A stretch of 64,000 bases of DNA from Chrysomallon squamiferum (Eukaryota; Animalia; Mollusca): NCBI GenBank assembly GCA_012295275.1, contig CM022673.1, forward strand, positions 22,134,001 to 22,198,000, read 5' to 3'. The translations under genes were made by a program, and so were the position numbers. The notes under the pieces were generated by a model that was given only the letters and a program-made list of their open reading frames with translations, ran no database searches and had not been told where the DNA came from. Every line of letters begins with the position of its first letter. The stretch's first letter is position 1. Shown here one piece after another: positions 1 to 13,463 of the stretch.

Positions 1-161
1 GGATTAATTCTATTTCTATTCCCTAGCAATGCAAAATCGTATTGTAGTGATATTTTCACACTAAAGACATTTCTTAACATGTTCATATTCATTACAACTC
101 GCCACTGAGCAAACAGTCAAATCAGGAAACAACAGTTTGCATGTAAGTAAGTAAATATGTA

Positions 162-237
<76 letters not shown>

Positions 238-1534
238 CTAGCCTTCATGTAAGCATTTAGATTTCATTTATTTCATTATAAGAATTACTCTGCGAACAGT
301 GAGACACAATTATATTATTACCTTAAATAGTTTAAAATATGCACGATTTCCTATTTATGCATCACTACTTGATCATGTACTTTACTTAATTTTGTATGTT
401 TTTACTAAACACACTTGATTAGTAATAGATAAAAAGGAAAATTTAATTTTTTATATGTACTTCATGATTAAGAAAGACTCGACTCACAAATATAAAAATA
501 TCCGCTTATGTGTGTGTATTTGTGTGTGTGTCTGTGTGTGTGTGTGAGTGTCTTTGTGTTTGTGTTTGTATCATTATGTATATACTTTAAAATACTAAAA
601 TATGCATTCATTGATATTTTTGTCGAAACTGACATTATCCAGCTCTGTCATTAACACCAGTTTTGTATATCGAGCACTGCGTTGAATTAACAATCTGTAA
701 CGTTTACTGTAATTGTTTAGAATGATTCAAGGTTCTACAGCTGTGCGAATGACACGACTGTCGTTCATTATAACCATTATCAAACATTTCTTTTATGATC
801 AGAACCATTAATATTTAATATATTGTTTTAGAAATAATAAAAATAGTCTGTTCGTTGGCCTCGTTCACGTGTCATCGTTACTTGTGGTAAACAAACGAGT
901 TTGCGTCCTCTGCAGACTGTCAGTTGGCTCGGCTGTGCTGCACTATCTGACAAAAGTTTACACTTTTTTGTATTCACTGGTAAGTCTTACATTTATTTAT
1001 TTTATTGTTATTTCGATCGTTATCTTTAGTTATTTATACATTACATTTACTGTTATATCTATTTTCTGTTTTTATAATAGTTATGTTTTGGGGGTTTTAA
1101 AATAAGTGTTTCGCTATTGCTAAAGCTCCACTATGACTACTACTACTTCTACTACCACTACTACCATTACGACTACTACCATTTCTGCTCCTACAACAAC
1201 TACTACTACAATTATTAGTACATATTTACTATTATTATTATATTATTATCGTCGTAGTTATCATCATCATTATCATCATCATTATTAACAAATTAAAAAA
1301 TAAATATGACGAGTGTAATTTAAAATTTGTTAATTTTTTTTTATGAATGTCTGTAAATTCTCAAACTGTATTTTCAAAATGGTTTTACAAACGACGAAAG
1401 TATTAATTTCTTATAAACATCAATTGTTGTTCTAATGTAATGGACATTTAACTCTATTCATAAATTCTAGAATTAAGAGTCCTTTTAAATTTCTAATCTC
1501 TTTTCTTAGGAATGATTGAACATTTACGTATACA

Positions 1535-1755
1535 CATAAATTAACTATCGTAAAGAACTATCATAAATTAACTAGCGTAAATTAACTAGCGTAAATTAAC
1601 TATTCTAAATTAACTGTAAAAATTAACTAGCGCAAAGTAACTATCGTAAATTAATTGTATTAAATTAACTATAAATAAACTATTGTAAATTAAATATTGT
1701 AAATTATAGTAAATAACTATTTTAAATTAAATATAATAAATTAACTAACGTAAAT
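1535..1755. repeat. Degenerate ~14-bp minisatellite (TAAATTAACTATCG-like)
   Basis: Repeated taaattaacta(t/g)cg units are visible downstream of the dipeptidase stop codon. Confidence 0.75.
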
Positions 1756-1953
1756 GGAACAAATGAAGAAACAACATTTATAATTTTTAGTAAATTTTAT
1801 AGAAAACTGAAATAAACAATTACGACAACGTATGCATTATATAAAATCACATTAAAAATGTAAACGAAAGGAAAATAATCTATGAATAATTAGAACTTCG
1901 TCCATGTATATTTTAAAACGTTGACGTTTTGACTATTATTTTGACTGCGTAGA

Positions 1954-2451
1954 TCAGAATGACGTTCTGCACGTCTGATTCTTGGTGGCTGACTGAGGAA
2001 TCAAATCTTCACGTGGAGGAACGTCACGCATCTCATCACGAACCTGAATCAGATTTTAAAAGAATGACTCAGAATGTTTTTGTTTTTTTTCAACTATTTT
2101 TCTTTCCTTCTTTCTTTCCATATTTTGTTTGTTCCTTCTTTCTTTCTTTCTCTTATTATTTTGTTTTCATGCTTTCATTTAATTAATTTATAATTAATTA
2201 ATTTTAGTAGATGTAATATTATCAAAATGTCTGTTTCGTTAATTAATTTTGGTAGACGTAATTTTATCAAAATGACTTTTTCGTTTCGTTTTGATGTTTG
2301 TCTTTCTAATTTTCATTTCGTCATCGTTTTTCCAAAAAATATTTCACACAAGAAATAATAAAATAAACTTTCTCAAGTTTAAAATACTTTAATTTGTTAT
2401 GTCACTCTTTACAGCTAAATTTTTTCTGAAACAGTTCTCTGTCTATCTATC

Positions 2452-2482
<31 letters not shown>

Positions 2483-3036
2483 CTATTTGTCTGTCTGTCT
2501 GTCTGTTTATCTATCTATCTGTCTGTATCTGTCGCTTTCTCTGTACATATATAAAATTATAAAATGCCGAGATTATAATGTATACGGCAGACAATAACAA
2601 TATATTAGTATTCTGATCTTTCACCTTTTCTGCGGCTTTGAAAACTCTCACAACATTCTGTCCAGCTAGTTTGATCAAGTCCTCCTCACTCCATCCTCTG
2701 TGGATGAGTTCAGCGAACAGATTTGGGTATGTAGATACGTCCTCTAAACCTACAGGCACTCTGACAAAACCAGAAAACAATTAATACTAAAATGATATTT
2801 CACTATGCTTACAAAATAATAGTCTAGGAGAATAACTTGTAAGCAGATTGTTAAAATCCTGAAATGTAATGAAAATAACCGTCACAATATGAAGAATTCG
2901 ATGGTAAATGTATTTGAGTTATTTCTTTGTTTTAATTTTTATTTTGCCTTTTTGTTCTTTTGCAGAGTAAAATATAACCTAATAACAGAACTAACAGATT
3001 AAATATTGCAAATCTGGCAAATTCTGTGGCTGTCTG

Positions 3037-3131
<95 letters not shown>

Positions 3132-3629
3132 CACATATATATATGTTAATATATTTTATTTTTCATTGCGTCTCAATAAAATGGGAAAAGTTACTGCAAA
3201 AGAGCTTGTTATTTTATGATTAGCTAAAGTAGGTCAGTACAATTAAATAGCACTGTGAATAAATGATTGGAACGAAAAAATATTTTGTCCTTTAAAACTT
3301 ATTCTTGGTATACATAATATTTATTTTTCTTCAGTGGTTATTTTTTAATATATTTGCTGTTTACACGTGTTAATTTAGTAATTTTCTGTATAATAAAAAG
3401 CGAGAAGTCTTTACGTACTTCGTCATCCCATCGTAGTCTGCTCCAATACCGACATAGTCAACTCCTATCAGATTCCTGATGTACTCAATGTGATCTGAGA
3501 CAAGTCAAATATACCGTGAAAATACCACTGTTTTATCTGTTTGTTTCTTTTTATTATTTATTTCTTTATTTCTTTCTTTATTTATATATTTGCTTGCTTG
3601 TTTGTTTGTTCGTTATTTGTTATTTGTTA

Positions 3630-3662
<33 letters not shown>

Positions 3663-4605
3663 TACTTATTTATTTAACTCTCCACAAAACAATATTAACA
3701 ACAGTAATAATATTAATAAGAAGATGATGATGGGGGAAAAAGATGAACAAGAACAACAACAATAACAGCAATAGTAATAGTAACTATAAAACAAAACAAC
3801 AACAACAGTAACTGTAACTGTAACAACAGAACAATAACTAATAATACCAATTCAACAAAAATAACGACAACAACAACAACAAAAATAATACAAACCTGCG
3901 ACTTGTTCCAGTTTGGTGACACTCTGATTGCGGGGAAAGCAGTTGACGAAATTACTGTAGAAATTGACCATCACCACGCCTTTGTTAGTTTTCTGAAATT
4001 TATAGACTAAATCGTGAAACAGCATAACACTCGAATCAGACTACTGGCACACGGAGGCAGATAAAACACACCCAGGTCTCAGATCCAGTGTAACAAGTTA
4101 CCTTTCTGCTCAAAGAAAGTCAAACAGTGAACGCCAACACATTGTTACTGTTACTAATTAAAAGGCGAAAGGACTAATAAACCTATCCTGTATTATGAAA
4201 AATAACATCTCTTGTATATCTTTGATTTTTAATTTTTTTAAATATTTTATTAAATCTACAGTAATAACAACAAATAAATGTATTAAGAGGAAATGAACCC
4301 CAGAGGATCATTTAATGCAGATAAAAATTTAATAAATTCACTACAGATTGGAAAATTTTAATATACCGTCATCTGAAGAACATCGTCCTGGACGTTGCGG
4401 TAGTGGTTGCAGATGGAGAAAGCGGAGCTGTGACTAAAGATAACGGGAGCCGCGGAGAGGATGATGGCGTCCATCATGGTGGCTTTAGACGTGTGTGACA
4501 GATCTACCAACATCCCCAGTCGGTTCATTTCTTTGATCACCTTCTACAACAACGCATAGTAAGATGTTGAGATTAATGATAGTGTTTTATTAGAAAACTA
4601 TGCAC

Positions 4606-4636
<31 letters not shown>

Positions 4637-5787
4637 ATATAAATAAATAAATAATAAAAAATTAAAAAAATAATATCCTGGATTAGACTGTTTCAGAAAC
4701 ATTTTAACAAACTAGATGACGTCCTTGAAAAAGTCGGAATTGGTTTAATGTGTTAGCAAATATATATATATATATTATTTTTTATTTATAAAAGTATAAA
4801 TTTTTTTTTTTTTTGGCTGAAGAGTTCACGAATATATGATTCTATTTTTATAATACTGAACGAGTGTTATTATTTAACAGCCCACCTTATTAAATCACAA
4901 AGGGACAACATTCAAATGATAAAACAAATCAGCGAGATTAGCCACATGCTACAACTTTATGAGATTTGTCTGTATCTGGTACAAAGAAAGGTATAAACTT
5001 TGCTTACCTCGCCAAAGGGTGACAAACCATCAAATTCTGGCGTGTTATCAATGTCCACCTTCCAGTTGTCAGCCCTACAAATATCATTTTAAACGTAGTT
5101 TTGATACTGACATTCGGCATGTAGTGTCTGTTAATACATCTAGATATTTTGTATGATATTTCTTCTTTTGTCTTAGGCACTACATTTGCATTTGTCGCTG
5201 AATATTTGTCAAGATGGATGATCAATATTTATGATAACAACACACGCGTACAGTCTGTAGAGGTAAGTTACCAATGAATAGTTTATATATTAACCCTTCT
5301 TGTGAAAAATATTGTTTTATATGTAATTATGTTCAGTATGTCTTGTAGAGGTTAATATATATATTTGTAATTCATTTACCAGGGTGTATTACAACTGTGT
5401 GTTAACGTCATGTATCTAATTCCAAGATCGTAAAACATCCTTAGGTTTCCTAGACTACTGTCAATAGAGTGACCTCCCTCTAGACCGAGTAGACTTGCAA
5501 TTTTTCCATTGTTATGAGCTTCCAGTATACCTAAACAACACCGAAGATAATATATTACATTTTGTGTATTTACAGCTAAAGGGTCATTTCTAACTATAAG
5601 CCAAGCTACGAAAGCGATTACTTTGGGTTTCAGTTAGAAGAGAACTCTGTGAATTCAGTTCAGTTACTACACACAGTATATTTTAACACTTGTTAAACAT
5701 AGCCTCAGAAGTTTCTCTCAGCTTAGAGGCTAAATTGGAAATAATTTTATTTATGTAAAAGTTATTTAATGTTAAGCTTCATAATTC

Positions 5788-5821
<34 letters not shown>

Positions 5822-6093
5822 CAGCTACATTTTTTGTTTTGATCATAAAGCTTTGAGACTGAACTCATTATAGACTTCCCTTAACTTGTTTCTGACAAAA
5901 AGGTTATTAAAAATAACACAGAAATATATCAGTACGTTTTATAAATAATTCAGCCAGACCATACTTTTAGTTATTAAGATAAGTGTATATTTGAAGTTGA
6001 TGCAGATGAAGATTATGATGGTGTTATTGTTATTATTGTTGTTCTTGTTATTGCTGTTGTTTTAGCTGTTTTGTCGTTATTTATTTATTTATT

Positions 6094-6153
<60 letters not shown>

Positions 6154-8116
6154 CGCACCGTCTGCTGTTGTAACAAGTTGAAATGTTTCAGGATATTTGT
6201 TTATAAATTTTTTCACTGTGTCAGTCTGGTCAAGTGACATGCGCACTGCGTCCTTGTACTGTGATGTACAGCTTACATAGACAGCCCAAAACTGAAAACA
6301 ACAACAACAAAATAAAATAAAATCCTAAAAACAGTGGTATGTCGGAATGAGGCCGTGACGTCACTCTAGCAGTGGTCGATTTTTTCTGCTTTGACCATCT
6401 TTGCATTGTAAATAACTGGCCGAAGTTTTAGAAACGCATGCCGCTAACACTTTTATGTCGGAGTTCACACTTTGCGAACATTAACGAGAGGATTTTATAG
6501 AGAAAAACAGTGTTGAAAAGAGGCAGTTCAAAAACTAGTCGATCAATTATAAAGATGTTAACAATAGGTAGAAAACCAAACTTTCCGCCATTAGGATAGC
6601 ATGGACAATGATTTTTTAAAAACTAAAAATAGGAAACTTATTGTTTGCATACATAATAGTACATGTTTTACAAGTTGAATGTTTTTTTGTTTTAACGAAA
6701 AAAAGTAAAAATTTAATTTGTAACTAATTTTTTTATACGGCCGGTTGACGGACATTAAATTTTTATTTTTATTTTTATGATTTGGTAAAATGCATCAAGC
6801 ATTGTCATGAATGTATCAAGGCAATCATTCAAATAACACGTCATCAGTTTGCTTTTTACATGTAATACCACCTTTAATGCATTGAAAATGGATATAAACA
6901 TTATTTTAAAAAAAAGAATTATAATGGTTTCAAGTATCGGTTTACAACTACATACTCAGAATTGTCCGCTATGGAGTTTTAGCAGAGTAACGTGTGAACA
7001 TTATGGTACCTAATGAGAAAAGTCATCTTCATATTCACGCGCTAGTGTCTGTGAAAATTAGTTATTTTATTTTATTTTATTATTATTTTTTTATTTTTTG
7101 GCTGCCGACGTCGTAATAATATCTGGAAAAAATATATAGTACGAAACGTGTACGAGATGGTATGACGTCAAAGTTACCAAAAAAAAAAAAAAAAGAAAGA
7201 AAAAAGATTTCGACCTTTGCAGCAATTTCTATACAATTATAGACATCTATGTATACGAGGCATTGATTAAAAGACGTATTTCCCCAAATTACTATTAATA
7301 ATCCATGTAGAATTGATTGCATTATGAAGGCATACGTATTTAAAAGTGTGTAAACACTATTGGGCGTTCGACGCTGCCATCTTCGATTTCGATCGGAAGT
7401 TTCCGTGAGGTCATGGAAATTTTGAAACTTCCAAATTCAGTTATTTCACGTCTGTTTGCTGAACATTTTATGATTTACACTGATAAAGATAAGGATGGTT
7501 CTTCATATTTCCAAACCATGAGGTCGCGAGCCTTTCGTAATTACCTTTTTAACTTAATCAAACTTTCAAACTGGATTATTTTTCTTCAAGTGCATGCATA
7601 ATAAACTGAAATTATAATTCGGTAAAAGTTTAATATATAGTTGTCAACGTTCACGCAGAACACAGCACAAAAGAACATTAGGTGTTGTTTGTACCCATTA
7701 AATCGGCGAAATTTCTGGAGGTTTTTGTGCCTTTACGAGTTATCGTTCCTGTTGGTCCATGTTAATTAGGACCTACCAAGTCCTCCAAGTTTTATTTTTC
7801 GTCCAGAATAAAACCATTTTAGTGACATAATATTATCATTAAAATCAACGATCGCGAACTGTTTTCTAACTTGATTGAAATATTGTCATTTAATTGGATA
7901 TTTATTTTAATTCAACTTGAGAGCATTAAATGTTTACTCTGGGCTGTGAATAAGTGATCCCGCATTTTCCTACATTTTGACACTTTCTTTTAATGTTACC
8001 TCAATCTATTTTTCGATTATTTTCATTCTGTTACATTGTTTTTATTCTTAGAAAGTTATGATTACTTTAACTGCCAGTCTACCAGAAAATGGTTAAGTTT
8101 CCCTATATGTTTGTAT

Positions 8117-8160
<44 letters not shown>

Positions 8161-8900
8161 AAAAAGTATTCGGAGTTTTTAATTAAATAATAATAATAAT
8201 AATAAAATTCTAATAAAAAACAATTGTAAGCTTTGCAATAATAGATCAATCGTAAATATCTTCACACCATTTTAAAGGTCTATTTTTATTTATTTATTTT
8301 ATTTTAATTTTTTTTTTTTTTTTTTTTAACTCTTTCCAGTTATACGAATAAGAATAAAACCTATCTAATTTCTGTTGTTTTTACTGTCATACCTACAAAA
8401 CAGTGTGTAGCAGTTTGAAGTGATGAAAAAGTATTCTCTCTCCGGCCAATCAAATATCATATTATTCATTCACCCATTTGTCCATCCATCCATCTACAGT
8501 CTCCTTAACAAAAGTAATGCGTAAATAAATTAGTAAATAAATAAATATTTATATATATAAGTAAAGAAATAACACGACTATGTACCTGTGCTCCAAGTGC
8601 TCCGGTTTGCAGACGAGGAATGTCTGTGTGACTTACTTCCCATTTCTCACGCAGATCCATATTCAGATTCAGTTCGTTTACTTTGTTCTGTACGTGAATG
8701 CGGATTTGTTCGGCTAAGTCATTGTGTCTGAATCAGTTATGATTAATATTAAAAAGTACAACAAGATGATAATTTTTATATACATTTAATTGCAAACTGG
8801 CCTGCTCTAGACTTTTTTTTATCGCTTATAATTTAATCATATTGATAAAACTAGTTTAAAGATCAATAGCTGATTGCTGCACAGGGTAGCAATCCTTTTT

Positions 8901-8931
<31 letters not shown>

Positions 8932-9418
8932 GATAATTCATATTTATTAACATTTGTGTTAATCTGAAATATCGAAGAAGACTTTGTTTATGATATCACA
9001 GAAGTGTTTCAAGCTTCAACATTGAAAATTCTTCTACTTGAACTTTTCTCCAGATTTATAAAAGATATAAAGCGTTTATTAAATTTGTTTAAAGATTTCT
9101 ATAATTACTTCTTTATTATTAACTGTTTATTTCTGAGATTTAAACAGTTATACAAATATAAAACAGTTTATAAAGAAAAAGATCATCTTACCCATCTACA
9201 AGTGGATACTTTCTCAAGATCTGAATCGCCTTGTAGAGATTTGTACCTGGAGAAATCGTCGCGCCATCTCTGGCAAAAACAGGCTGACTGTCAGTTTCCT
9301 TATTGGAAAGCGGCACACCAACAGCAACACCTACCACAACAGCAACCATAACCGCTACTACTATGCCACATAAAATAGCTCTCTTGGTACTCACGTAACC
9401 GCTTTCATGCGATTCCAT
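1954..9418 (-). CDS. Membrane dipeptidase (peptidase family M19, renal dipeptidase/DPEP-like), 10 coding exons: 9418-9192, 8727-8586, 6291-6159, 5530-5380, 5074-5008, 4543-4367, 3992-3896, 3494-3419, 2760-2625, 2043-1954
   Basis: Exons join in frame across GT-AG introns. They give [105 protein letters not shown] and a final exon [29 protein letters not shown]. The metal-binding and catalytic residues are present. N-terminal hydrophobic anchor: [22 protein letters not shown]. Confidence 0.93.
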
Positions 9419-9899
9419 TTTGAAATAGATATATTATGTTCCTCGTCTTTTCTCTTTTACGAAAATCAGGGAGGTTCTTAACTCTATTCAGGGAGAGCGT
9501 TTCTAGTAGTTTTAAAAACAGATCTTTATGATACACTTATTTCTGTTAAAGCTTTAAGTTATCTTCTTCACAACCCATTCTATCGAACGTGTGGAATTGC
9601 GTTCGTTATACATAATTCATGAATCAACCCTAGTTTTTCAGTTTTGACAATGTGTTGACAAATTCTCAGTGTATACACGATCAGAACTTGAAAAGAATAA
9701 AAATAAAAGTTCTGAGAATGTCAATACGATGTCAGTATAAGATTTATTTTGTATTTTGTTCAGAATAAATGTAACAGCCATTAATTCGAAATACGTGTTT
9801 CTAACATTACTGCCACATTTGCTCGTAACAGGGCTCGAAACTGACTCTGTTTAAATCAAGTTTGTATTTATTTTCTTTTATTTAATTAGATTAATCAAT

Positions 9900-9934
<35 letters not shown>

Positions 9935-10419
9935 TTTTGTTCTTGTAAGGTTGATTCTTTCTCTCTTTCGCTCTCACACACACACACGCAACACAGATTA
10001 TGTATTTTGTACCCTTCTCTTAACACGTGGATATTTTATTATTATACTTTTTTTTATCCGAGGTTCGGTTAGCAGAAATTATTAAAACTGAGGCACTTCA
10101 GTAAAATATAAAATATCAGTATTTAACATATATTAATATTAATGTATTCTTAATAGCACACGATATAACAGGTAAACATTATAGTGTTTATTTATCCACT
10201 AAGTTAAGAACTAAGTTAAGTAGTATGTTTGTGAAATACTTGAAAATTACATTTTTAGTTTCTTTACTTTGAATTTTTTTTTATAATTTATCATTTATAT
10301 TTCATTTCATTTTGTTTTATTAATTTTTAGTCATTCCAAAAAGTTGCAAAAATAAATCTATATCTTCTTTTTCTTAATATTATTATTATTATGTTTCTGA
10401 GTATGATTTATTATTATGA

Positions 10420-10520
10420 TTCTTCTTCGTCTTCTTCTTCTTCTTCTTCTTCGTCTTCTTCTTCTTCTTCTTCTTCGTCTTCTTCTTCTTCTTCTTCTTC
10501 TTCTTCTTCTTCTTCTTCTT

Positions 10521-10598
<78 letters not shown>
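10420..10598. repeat. Compound (TCT)n/(ATT)n microsatellite
   Basis: Read directly; it explains the poly-Ser, poly-Leu and poly-Tyr ORFs in the track. Confidence 0.95.
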
Positions 10599-10599
<1 letters not shown>

Positions 10600-10707
10600 T
10601 ATGGCTGTTGTTTTGATTCTGTTCTTCTTTTTTATTTAATTTTTTATTTTATTATTATTATTTTTAACTGTCTTTTTTTTTGAGAAGAAGAAAAGGATTT
10701 ACGAATA

Positions 10708-11700
10708 TTTTAGATTCCGTGTTTGATTTACTGTTTCGTACTGTTTCAGTGTGTCTGGCGATGAACACCGACGCACACTGTGGTAGTAAATGTTGTTGTC
10801 ATTCCCACCACAGCAGCAGCGTCAGCATCAAACACAAAAGTCACCACAGTCTCAACGGCGGCTTTGGTTTTGCTCTAATCGGAAAATAAATACATTTCAG
10901 ACAAGTACGTATAAAAATGATTAACATTCAACATAATGGAATCAGTTTGGCAATAGGAATTTACCTGGTTACCGCAGAGTTAAATTCTTCAATTCTTTAT
11001 TAACAATGAATTAATCTACAATACAAATATAAATGAAACTGGAATGGAAAAGCATATGTAAAGAAACAGATGTGTGCGTGTGAGTATGTGTACGTGTGTG
11101 TGTCTGTGTATATGTATGTTATGTAAATGCGAAATAGGTATCGATACTTTCAGGTTGATTATGCACACAAGCAGCACTGAATATAAATGTGACATCTGAT
11201 TATTATTTATCTTTTCTTTTCAGCCTGAATATCTGTTACGAAGTGAAACTGTGATGTGGTGTTGGTAATATGTATTAAAATAATAATAAAATAAGATCTA
11301 TTAAGAATATTGACAACGAGGTGCAGTAATTTTTTTAAATGCCAAAGTATTATATAAAGAACCGAAAAAAAAAAAAGAAAAAAAAAACAGTGAGAAAAAG
11401 CAATCAAAAATCTACACAAAACAAAATAACCCCACCCCCAAAAAAGAAGAAAAAAGAAAAGAAAAACAGTAAGTGCGAAATAGTTCAAAAAGTGTATTAA
11501 TAAATAAAACTATTAAAATACATATTAATGTGTCCTTTTCGTTTTCATTTAACCACAAATAATAATAAAAATAAAATAAAATAAAATAAAATAAATACAA
11601 AACAAAAGAAAAAGAAAAAGAAAAAGAAAAAGAAAGAAAGAATGAAAAATAATATATGGGCGAGTTGTCTGTGCTTCAGTCCAACGCTTTTTAAAATTTT
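10708..11700 (+). repeat. ~1 kb inverted duplication; partner copy at about 29335-30342
   Basis: Near-identical reverse complement. The ORF track also shows the same spurious translations (NENEKDTLICILIVLF; HITNTTSQFHFVTDIQAEKKR) on opposite strands. Confidence 0.92.
10750..10889 (+). pseudogene. Orphan inverted copy of exon 2 (plus downstream 3'UTR exon) of the peptide gene at 30161-30707; no signal-peptide exon found
   Basis: 10750-10889 is the exact reverse complement of 30300-30161 (CLAMNTDAHCGSKCCCHSHHSSSVSIKHKSHHSLNGGFGFALIGK*). The acceptor tttcag is intact. Homology starts inside intron 1, and no ATG plus phase-1 donor exon was found upstream on the + strand. Confidence 0.75.
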
Positions 11701-11713
11701 ATTATTATTATTA

Positions 11714-11744
<31 letters not shown>

Positions 11745-11942
11745 CATCATATGGCTGCTCTTTTAATTTTGTTCTTCTTGATTTTTTTTTTTTTTCTTGA
11801 GAAGAAGAAAAGGATTTACGAACGTTTTAAAATGTCTAGAGCATAATTATTTTGATGAACAATGTATATCACAACTATCCTGTATTTACAGAAATGTTAT
11901 TGTTGTATATTTTAAACAGCACCAGAACAAGATCGAGACCTG

Positions 11943-12041
<99 letters not shown>

Positions 12042-12074
12042 GACGAGTTGGATAAGGCAAAAGAAACAAAATGA

Positions 12075-12811
12075 AATACACACTCAAAGACACACACACC
12101 CACACACACAGACACACACAGACACATGCACACACCACACACAGCCACACAGCCACACACACACACATACACACTCACAGACACACACACCCACACACAC
12201 AGACACACACACAGACACATGCACACACCACACACAGACACACAGAAACACACACACACAAACACACAATCAGACATATACACAGAGACACACACACAGA
12301 CACATACACACACAGACATACACACATACACACACAGAGACATACACTCACAGACATACACACACAGAGACACACACAGACTCCCACAGAGACACACACA
12401 CAGTCACACACCCTCACAGACATACATACACAGTCACACACAGAGACACACACAGACAAACAGACAGACACACACACATACACAGACACACATACACAGT
12501 CACACACACTCACAGATATACAAACACAGACACACACAGAGACATACATACACATACACACAGACACATACACAGACATACAGACACAGACACACACACA
12601 GACATACATACACATACAGACACAGACACACACACAGACACATACACAGACATACAGACACAGACACATACACATACATAAACACACAGACATACATACA
12701 CATACACACACAGACACACACACAGACACACACAGACACATACATACAGACATACACACACAGAAACACACACAGACACACACACAGACACACACACAGA
12801 CACAAACACAG

Positions 12812-12844
<33 letters not shown>

Positions 12845-13254
12845 TACACATACACACACAGACAGACACACATACACACACACAGACACACACACACAGA
12901 CACACACACAGACATACACATACACACACAGACATACACATACACACACACAGACATACATACACATACACACACAGACACATACACAGACACACACACA
13001 GACACACACACACACAGACATACACACAGACATACACATACACACAGACATACACATACACACACAGACATACATACACATACACACACAGACACACACA
13101 CAGACACACACAGACACACACACAGACACACACACACACACACACACAGACACACACACACAGACACACACACACAGAGACACACACACAGACACACAGA
13201 CACACACAGACACACACATACACACACAGACACACACACAGACACACACACAGA

Positions 13255-13291
<37 letters not shown>

Positions 13292-13405
13292 ACACACAGA
13301 CACACACACAGACACACACAGATACAGACACACACAGACACACACACAGACACACACACAGACACACACACACAGACACACACACAGACACACACACAGA
13401 CACAC
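12075..13405. repeat. ~1.3 kb compound (CA)n/(CAGA)/(CATA) microsatellite inside the 3'UTR intron of the 14164 peptide gene
   Basis: Read directly; it is the source of the HT-rich and CV-rich ORFs. Confidence 0.95.
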
Positions 13406-13463
13406 TGTACCCCGTACACTAGTATTTACCTGACGCTACCCGCAATGAGCCGTGTCGTCCTGA

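Noticed and set aside
6330-8050. CpG-richer segments in the large dipeptidase intron
   Set aside because: Probably interspersed-repeat fragments, but I found no termini or protein motifs to support a call.
10391-10639. Poly-Ser/Tyr and poly-Leu/Ile ORFs as the missing leader of the orphan copy
   Set aside because: Pure trinucleotide repeats with no suitable phase-1 splice donor.
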